DNA of 64,000 nucleotides from positions 338,830,001 through 338,894,000 of the forward strand of contig OZ024740.1 of the NCBI GenBank assembly GCA_964016885.1, read 5' to 3'. This document shows, piece after piece, positions 54,436-64,000 of the stretch (within the stretch, counting starts at the first letter, position 1; every line of letters starts with the position of its first letter). This stretch comes from Eledone cirrhosa. Its lineage: Eukaryota. The position numbers and the translations under genes are program-made. The notes beneath the pieces were generated by a model. It did not search any database and was not told where the DNA came from. It saw only the letters and a program-made list of their open reading frames with translations.

Positions 54436-54640
54436 ATACTTTTTCCAATTATATATATATATATAGCCGTTTGGCGGACCGTTTTGTTGAACATTTGAGG
54501 GAGACGAAGGAAAATGAAAAAAACTTTTTTTTAAAATAATTGTCCCTCTCATTTTTTCAATAATGTCACTTTGACGAATGAAAGGAAAAAAAGGGAAAAA
54601 AACAGACCCTTAAATATATTTTCCGGGCTATTTCCAATTT

Positions 54641-54774
<134 letters not shown>

Positions 54775-54833
54775 GCCGCGCGCGCGTGTGTACGTACATT
54801 GGATATATATATATTTATATATATATATATATA

Positions 54834-56460
54834 TAATGGACAAATTTGAACAGGAACAAAACAGAGAGGCAGTACAACGAATGTTTATTAATTTCACGCT
54901 CTGGAGAGTGGGGTGGTGGTGGGGAACGACGTTTCGGGCATAAGCCCTTCCTCAGGTGAGAAGTGTGTGGGAACAGAGTTCAAAGGGTGTGTAGGGGAGT
55001 GGTGGAGAGACATATAGCGAAAGGAAACGGTGCGAATGAAATTAAAAATAAAAATAAAAATAAAGCATGATCAAAATACAAGGAATGAAATGAAATTAAA
55101 TATAAAAGCATGATCAAAATAAACTGAAATTAAAAGGGGGTTAAAACAGGTGGTGGAAGGGTGTGGGGTGTGTAGGGGTGGTGGCGGATGGAGTGGGGAG
55201 AGAGAGACAGGTTGTCCGAGCGGGGAGGGCTGAAGGTGGTGTGTGTGTGTAGGTGTACGAGTGTGTGTGTGTGTGTGTGTATGTGAAAGTAAGGTTTGGG
55301 GGAAGAACGGGGTTGCATGTTCAGGAAGAGGTGTGTGTGTGTGGGGGGGGGGTTGAAGGTCGGAGTGTCTGTGCGTGTGTAGATAGAGGGGTGGGGGAGA
55401 GGAATCAGGAGGGTGAGGGTGTAAATATGTAGTGGAAAGCACGTGTGTGTGGGGTTTAAGCGTGTTGTGGGTGTAGGTGGCGTGTGGAGAAAAAAATTTT
55501 TTGGGGGTGTGTGGGTGAGTTATATAGGTGATTCCGTAAGAGGATGGTTGAAAAGTTGGTAAAATCCTATGATGTTTAGTGGATTCTGTGGTGGTCAAGT
55601 TCCACATACGAGTATTCCATGAAGAGATGGTCGAAAGAGGAGAGATGTGGGGTGCGCGCGCAACAGGAAGTGGTCAAGCAGTGGGAGTGCTGTGTGTCTG
55701 TTTGAGCTGGGAGGTGGTCAGAGGGCATAGCAGCAGTCGGTGGAATGGTAAAGGGGCGAGGATGGGTAGGTGTGAAAGTTGGAGTGGGGAGGGTGTGTGT
55801 GTGTGTATTAGTAGAGGTGTTAGTGGGATGAGTGAGTGTGGAGCGAGGGTGTGGGTGGAGCGGGGAGAGAAGGGTGTGTGTAGTTCTATGGAGGGAGTGT
55901 GGTGTACTGGTGTGTGTATAGTTTGATGAAGGGGTGTTAGTGGGTGTTAGTATACGGAAGGTGGGGAAGGGTTGAATGCAGGTGTGAGTGGGGGTTAGTG
56001 GTGGTAGGGTGTGTAGAGTTGGTGGTGTACGAGGGTGTGTGGGTACGTGTGCGTGGGGTTGGGGGGTGTTAGTGATGTTAGTTGCGTGTGGGGTGGGTGG
56101 TGTAAGTGGGTGCGTGTGTTCGTGTGCTTGGGGTCAGGGGGTGTTAGTGAGGTTAGTTGCGGGATGGTGGGATGGAGGTGTGGGGGTGAGGGTTAGTGGT
56201 GGTAGTAGGGTGTGTGTTTAGTGTGAGCGCGTGTATATATGTGCCGGTGGGTGTGTGCGTGTGATAAGGAGGGGGGGAGGAGGAGAAGAAGGGAGGGATG
56301 TTAGTATGTTAGTTGGGGAAGGGTGGTCGGATGAGGGGTGGAGTGGAGGTGTTAGTATTGTTAGTTGTATATATATATAGTCACTTATGTTAGTATTGTT
56401 AGTTGTATATATATATATAGTCACTTATATATTATGAAATACTGTTGGCTTCTTGCTCAC
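54834..56460 (-). mobile_element. PLE 3'/pLTR-like element with HHR; longer copy 2
   Basis: Reverse complement of 49868-50773 plus ~700 bp of extra G/T-rich sequence; HHR at 54926-54957 on the minus strand. Confidence 0.7.
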
Positions 56461-56478
56461 ATTAATTTCTCTATTTTC

Positions 56479-56538
<60 letters not shown>

Positions 56539-56599
56539 GACTTCAACAGGAGTAGAGTTGTTTCATTCGTATGAAATCGTCAGGAATCTGACAGAGATG

Positions 56600-57110
56600 G
56601 ACTCTCAATTTCAATCCATTGTCACAACCAAATCTGACATTTAAAACATATCAAATACTGAGCAATGTTATTAAAAAAAAACTTTGCTTGCTTCAAATTG
56701 AACATATACTAATGAACTACATTTTATCAGGAACAGGCCGTAGACAATCACCTCCATGTTTTTGTGGTGACTTCCCAGAAACTCTTCGGCCCTACTTGTT
56801 CCAATGTAAAAACTGTCAGTCTGAGAGAGGACATTTTGAAGCCGATGATTAAGAAACTATCAAGATTGGAGACAACATATAATGTAAAATATCTACAAAC
56901 TATAAACAAATTCGTTGAGTACATGAAATTTACGAAGAGATTGAACAACAGAACCATCTTACAGCTTTATAGCTTCCCTTGCTTTCCAGTTTTTCTTTAT
57001 CTTTCTTTAATGCTTATTTTGCCTCCCGTTGCCCTTCCATACTTAAATATATATATTTTTGTTTTTATATTCATCTGTCTCTGTCTAACTTTTTAATGTT
57101 TCTTAACTGT
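56600..57110 (+). mobile_element. LINE C-terminal remnant (CCHC-type knuckle)
   Basis: LCLLQIEHILMNY...SPPCFCGDFPETLRPYLFQC...FVEYMKFTKRL resembles the RLRxGH...CxCG..ET..H.L..C ends of LINE ORF2. Confidence 0.55.
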
Positions 57111-57295
57111 AGAAAGTACTAGATGCCTCCTCTAGTTTGACATTGCTTACAAGTTCAATACGGACATTTAATTTGATCTAAAAAAAAAAAATGAATATAT
57201 ACATATATATACACACATACACACATACATATATACATGCATATATATATGTACATATATAGTTACATATGTACATATATACATACACATTTACA

Positions 57296-57332
<37 letters not shown>

Positions 57333-57453
57333 TCTTCAGAAATACGAAATTCAGTTGCTATTGCTTTACTGTGCTGGCCGTCACATTCACTGTCATAGCC
57401 GACACGGAGTGGAACCGAATTCTGTCGATCGATTGGATATTGATTAGGCGAAA

Positions 57454-57564
57454 CCCGATGATGAAGCCACATGTGCCGATTGTGCATTGTTGCATAATAA
57501 ATGCAGACAGTGGATGCTGTGCACTCTATTGCTGCATTATGTGTGGCCGAAACTCGAGTACGGG
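57454..57564 (+). ncRNA. HHR-like motif with extended stem II
   Basis: CCCG-ATGATGA-AGCCACA...TGTGGCC-GAA-ACTCGAGT-A-CGGG; palindrome ACTCGAGT; C3 appears changed to A. Confidence 0.6.
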
Positions 57565-57713
57565 TATAGTTTGAAGGTACCCATTTACGTGTGTTGTATT
57601 GAAGCGAATAACTATGTGTCTGCTCTGGGAGTTTACATAACATACCTATTGAGAACGCTGAGATGCAACCGGAACTAGAAGTGAATTAGTCCCGTCAATT
57701 TATTATATATATA

Positions 57714-57780
<67 letters not shown>

Positions 57781-59250
57781 CAGCTCACACCTATGCAGGT
57801 TTAGCTGGCCTCCTCCAAGGTATATCTCGTTGGAGGTGTCTTGGGTAATTTAATGATAGGGACCCCAGTCCTATCATATATATATATCTTTCAGCTGACT
57901 GGCTGAGGCCATGTTGGGGCACCGCCATTGCCGCTACACTTTATATAGACAGCTTTCCTTGGTTGGTCATTGATATGGGGGAGGGGATTGCTTTGAATTT
58001 CATCTCGTAGGTTTTAGAATCGGCTCTGTTTCTTCGTGTATGAATAGGACATATACATTTTTTTCCGGGTAGCTTACAGATGCACACATACACCCACACA
58101 TGTACGGATAAATATATAGACATGCACATTGTACATATACGTGTATAGTTGTGCATATATACATATCTATAATTTGAATAACTATGACTATCGTTGCTAT
58201 ACCCAAGTAAGTCCTCAGAACCAACAGAAAATCTACACACATATCCTATCTCTTCTCGTTCTTTGTTCTCCTCATTGACTTGGGGAGTTCAGCTCTGACT
58301 GGGCAGAGAAGTTCTTGGATTCTTCTATAACTGCTTATGTAAACCAAGACGGCGCATCGTTTATCGGTTAGGATGTTCTACTCACGATCATAAAGTCGGT
58401 ATTTCGACCCCCAGTGGTGTGTTGTGTACTTGTGCATGGTAATATATTTCCTTGTTGCTGCAGTTCACCCTGCTTGTGAAAATACCCAGCTTTGTCACAG
58501 ACTGTGTTATGTTGAATCTCCCTGAGAAAGAATTAAGTTATAATTACATTGTCTTTGAAATGATGTGACATACTTACACGTTAATTTCGTGAACAGGCTA
58601 TTCTACTGTTCGAACAGCTTGAACACTAATCGTTGGTAGTGACGGAGATTGTGCAAATAGAGGCCATCAGATTTCCAAGGATCTCAGAGATAACGCTAAA
58701 GTTCACTTTATCTGTAAGTCGACGCATGTCACTACATAAATCTTCTGCCGTATTGCTTAAATCTCCGATACATATATAACTTTTCTCTGTCATTGATTAA
58801 ACCACTTATACAACAATCGCTTTCGGCCTGTATTTCTTTTATTTTTATTGCACTAACTTTTAATTTATTTTCGCTTTTACTCTATGTTTATTGATTGTTT
58901 TTTACACTTCAACATGTTTTGAGATTTTCTGATATTTTAGGTAAGAAGATAACAAACACAAAAACAAAACAATAACAGCAAAAATAATAATAACAACAAC
59001 AACAACAGACAGAATATTCCACTCTTCATCAGATTACCAAAACTTAAGCACTGTAAGATGCATACACTGTAAGATGCAGATAGTATTGATTGGAAGAATC
59101 AGCACCAGGTACGATAGCTATTGCACACGTGTGTGTGTGTAGGTGTGTGTTTGTGTGTGTGTGTGTGTGTGTGTATTTATAGATACACTCATACACATAC
59201 GCACACCCATATATATAGAGATATGTATATATATATATATATAAAGGAAC

Positions 59251-59674
<424 letters not shown>

Positions 59675-60400
59675 CATTAGAAGAAAGAATACTGCGTGGT
59701 TGCACATGGGTTACATATGATAAAAATAGTCCTTCATCAGTGATTTTCCAACCTTCATTGGTATTTCATCGCTTTAAAAATCATATACCTCCAGTTGGTG
59801 CGAGCAATAGCTAAATAAAGCTATTGGGACAAGTAAATCGCGTAAAGCGAGTGAGGCAAGTAAACAAACATAGAAGGATAGCAACGCGAAGATAGGAAAA
59901 AACAAGCACATGGGAGTCCGATCAGCTTCAGCTGTGTGGATTTCATGGGCGATAGAAAAACAGACCGTCCGACGCGAGTGAGGTGTGAGCAAGAAAGGAC
60001 CCCACTTCAGGCCAAACGGGAGAAAGTGAGAAGGGGAGAAGCAGGGAGTGAGTGAGTGGAATGCGAGGAAGAGGCCAGTCGAGAGAAAGTGTAACTGACA
60101 GAGGGGGCGAAAGAAGGTGAGAGAAACAGAGAGAGCGGGGAAGCAGTAAGAGAGGAACAGACAAACGCAGCTGGGGAAAATATATATAAAAAACATGAGA
60201 AGAAAGAATACTGCGTGGTTGCACATGGGTTACATATATATATTTTCCCCAGCTGCGTTTGTCTGTTCCTCTCTTACTGCTTCCCCGCTCTCTCTGTTTC
60301 TCTATACACATATATATATATATATATATAGTCTAGAATTAGCCGTCGAAACGGCTTGAGCTCAGCCGTCGGGGTCCCACTCGTTCCTATATATATATAC

Positions 60401-60452
<52 letters not shown>

Positions 60453-61224
60453 TTGTGTGAGTGTGTTTCTGTGTGATGTAAGTATACACATAATATCAAT
60501 ATATATATTTATATATAATATACAGATAAATATATGTTATAGGTGAGTGAGTATATATGTGTGTAGTGTGCGTGCGTGTGCGTGTGCGTGTACGCTTTTC
60601 TTCGTCTTCACCACAATGTACTTAGATCACTCTAGTTTAGATGACGAGTATAAATGAATAATTAGTCAGCACTTCGATCTCATTGGCCACTAAGTATCAT
60701 AAATGGAATAACCATATGTTTCTTCGCTGTTCTATGGAAGCCGATATACTAGAAATGTTTTTATTTATAACAAACATCATACACAAATCACTGCACACAT
60801 CTTTCCATATCTTTAACTCTTTTGATACCGGATCACATGAAACCACCTCTGGCTTTATGATACACATCTGTTATTTTAAAGTGTTTATATTTATTTAAAA
60901 ACCTTCTATCATAATTTTATGTAAGAACATTTAATTTATGCTCCAAAAGGAAAGTAATGGAACCGGTCCCTAAATCGGGTGAACAAAATAATGTTTCCAT
61001 TGGTTGGCATTATCTGCCGATCGCCACTCCTTGTAGAAGGAAGCGGGATTTGAACTAAGGAAGCACAAACACCAACGTTCCAAACATTAATCAACTGTCT
61101 CCAACTGCTCCAGCTGCATCCCCATGCGAGACCAGCTAAGCTCATGGATTTTATCTTGCTCGAGGTCTACTCCTGGGTTTCTTGTCGGTTGGTTTATATA
61201 TATATATATATAAAGATTTATATT

Positions 61225-61288
<64 letters not shown>

Positions 61289-61649
61289 TACAGATGTGTT
61301 TTTGTGTATGTATATATATATTTTTTAATATATTTATATATGATCGTGAATGGCTACATTTATGCGAGAGTAGATATAGACACAAGTTGGTATACATGTA
61401 TATGTTCGTATATGGTTGAAGGAATGCATGAGTCTTAAGTACTCTAATAGTCAATTTATATGTATAGGTGTATTTATTCTTATATCTATTTCACCATGCT
61501 AAAAATACAGATTTATAACTGATGTGCACTGGAATATGAATATTGATTTCTATTTCTATTTATATTTAGTTTGTGTACACATATCGAAGTTAATATAGAC
61601 GTGCGTGCTCATGTATAGGTATTGGTTATGCAAATGTTGCATACTATAG

Positions 61650-62300
61650 AGTGAAGGCGCATAGCATAGTGGTTAGAGCTTACAGACGTGAGGTTTTGAG
61701 TTCGATTCTCGCACCGAACTTTGCGTTGTGTTCTTTATTTCACGTTGCTCCAGTTCACTCAGTTGTAGAAATGAGTTGCGACGTTACTGTATCTTCAACG
61801 CTACTGGTAACATGTAACCGAGTAAAACCTGTGCATGGTCATGGTCGGGTCGCCGGCGAAGAGGGTTATTTTGGACACCCTACGGGATGAAAAGCTAAAC
61901 CTGTCAAAGGAACTCAGGAGTGTCAACGGCCATCCAACATTTTTTTTTTTTTTTGTGGAGCGAGGGACTCCTAGTCTTCATTAAGACATCTCTCTAGGGG
62001 AAGGTCACTCTGATATAAAACCTGCGACTTCGTTTGCATCCAATGATGTAGGCCAGTTCTACTTTTCAGGCAAATGCATTCGATGTTCAGAGAGTGGGGT
62101 TGGCCGCTTGCAAAGCCTTTCCTCACTTAAAAAAGCTTCAAGCACAGATATCGCTTGATATGTGATATGTTTTGCGATGTATGATATTGCTGGCCATAGG
62201 TAAGTCTCTAGCATGACTAAAAAACCTTGTCTGCAATGCTTATGCTTAAGTATCAATCGATGGCATTATCCGAAATCAAGTTACAGCCATCATGTATGTA
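61650..62300 (+). mobile_element. tRNA SINE head adjoining a family-2 non-autonomous RTE derivative
   Basis: TAGCATAGTGG / GAGTTCGATTCT boxes, then GCTACTGGTAACATGTA... homologous to 31340-31720, ending in the shared 3' motif plus TATG. Confidence 0.65.
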
Positions 62301-62494
62301 TGTATGTGAGTATATGAATGTATATATGCATACGTGTATATATGTGTGTGTGCGTCTATGTCTGCATATATATATATATGGGGCAGAAGAACTCATAAGA
62401 GTCAACGGCCATCTAAAAGTGTGTAAATATGTATATATACATGTACATATGTATGTATATGTGTATGTACATAGGTGCATGTGTGTGTATATAC

Positions 62495-62840
62495 GCGGAG
62501 ACATAGAAATAGTCGGGCTGAACACCCGATCGCGCGGTGAAACCACTGGGAGTGAAGGACCCCTAGCATTTGTCAGGGCATTCTTCTAGGAGAAGGCAAC
62601 TCATGAAACTGAGATATCTCCGATATAGAACCTGCGGCTCAGTAGTAACCGATGATGTTGATCTTTTCTTCTTTTCGGGTTATAGCTATTGTTGCTCAAA
62701 GAGTGGGATTGGCTCAGTGCACAGTCTTTCGTCACTTAAAAAAATATCTTCACGCACAAGCATTGCACGATAGAATTAATTAATAATTATTAATATATCG
62801 TGCAATGGCCATACTCGATAACGAGGGGGCAGCCAACATA
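62495..62840 (+). mobile_element. Intact non-autonomous bipartite RTE derivative
   Basis: RTE 5'UTR (27015-27288) joined through an AT linker to the 3' motif CGTGCAATGGCCATACTCGATAACGAGGGGGCAGCCA. Confidence 0.88.
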
Positions 62841-62869
62841 TATATATATATATATATACATATATATAA

Positions 62870-62903
<34 letters not shown>

Positions 62904-64000
62904 TTGAAGGCATGTATATGTGCGAGTATATGTGTTTGACATTTGATATAGTCAATACTAAGCTGACCTCATTTCTTGGCAGTGGACTTGACTCAATTGC
63001 AATAAGCCACTTATTTGATTTATGTCCCTAATGAAATGGATATATCGATATATGGGTACAATTTCTGTATGACGATTTATTTCTTTTATTTATTTGTTCA
63101 CTTATTTCATTTGCACTTTTTTCTGTCTAATGTTTTTTATACCTTATCTATGTATCCCCTAAATGTCCTTTTGACCTCTAATAATTATATCTTCTTCTTC
63201 TTCTTCTTCTTCTTCTTCTTCTTCTTCTTCTTCTTCTTCTTCACCCACATATTCCCGAGAGGCTCGTGGGGGCAGAATCCCCAAACTCTCCTACCAGTGG
63301 GTCCTGTCAGAAGCAACCGTCTCCAACTATATCTTTCTTATAAAACTTCCTGAACCATTGTTTCTGATAGTGAATGGTGAGATGGGTGTTTTGTCGAGGC
63401 TAATAATATGGAGTTACATTACTGGTATCGATTAGTGAATATATTGTTTGTATCATGGTTCATTTAACCTTTTGAAACGATCGTAAAACCATGGATTAAT
63501 TAACCACTGAACCTCGACATTTTTTGGTTTTATAGTTTAAGCTATATATCTAAATGTAGTTCTTTGAATACTCAACGTGTAATCAAATACTATTCTTCCA
63601 GAAAAACAGATTTCACCTTCTTTCGATGAGTTATTCATATCCCTATTACATTGAGCTCTAACAACATCATATTCCCTACCTTAATTAGGTATTTCAAGCC
63701 GCCAAGGAGAAGAGAAAGACTGAAAACGATAAACGAAGATATGAACTCATTTATATTTCCATACGTATGTAGACCATGTTCTCTTATACCATATTCTTAT
63801 TATTATACACCTTGACTCCATTATAAATTTTATACACTTCTATAGTATGAAGAAGCCTACAACTATTGGCTGAAACCGGTACGATAAATTCCTTTTTTGT
63901 AAATTTGGTATTTGAAGATTCTGCCCCTCGAGCCTCGCAGGAATACATAGGCGAAGAAGAAGAATACATAAATGTTTTGCTGTTATTCTATGAGAAAACC

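Noticed and set aside
60950-61192. Unique GC-richer stretch as a coding exon
   Set aside because: Stops in the plausible frames and no recognisable motif.
63784-63969. 61-aa ORF as a Helitron helicase C-terminus
   Set aside because: Resemblance too weak to support a call.

Overview
This is AT-rich, microsatellite-dense animal DNA. Its repeat repertoire looks like a cephalopod/octopus genome, which is an inference. No host protein-coding gene can be confidently called, and most ORF-track entries are translated (TA)n/(TG)n/(TATG)n/(CAC)n repeats. The window is a mosaic of: two satellites (59 bp; 63/65 bp) and a 52/53-bp minisatellite; a near full-length RTE LINE with three C-terminal C2H2 fingers plus non-autonomous derivatives; decayed CR1-like, R4/Dong-like and Penelope-like (PLE) retroelements; two tRNA-SINE families; and mariner, Helitron and MITE remnants. 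The strongest non-obvious signal is about a dozen type I hammerhead ribozyme (HHR) motifs. Most have a palindromic stem III loop, and they sit in short PLE pLTR-like modules embedded in (TA)n tracts, arranged as direct or inverted pairs. One direct pair 486 bp apart has a retrozyme-like layout. All coordinates and alignments were done by eye and are approximate.
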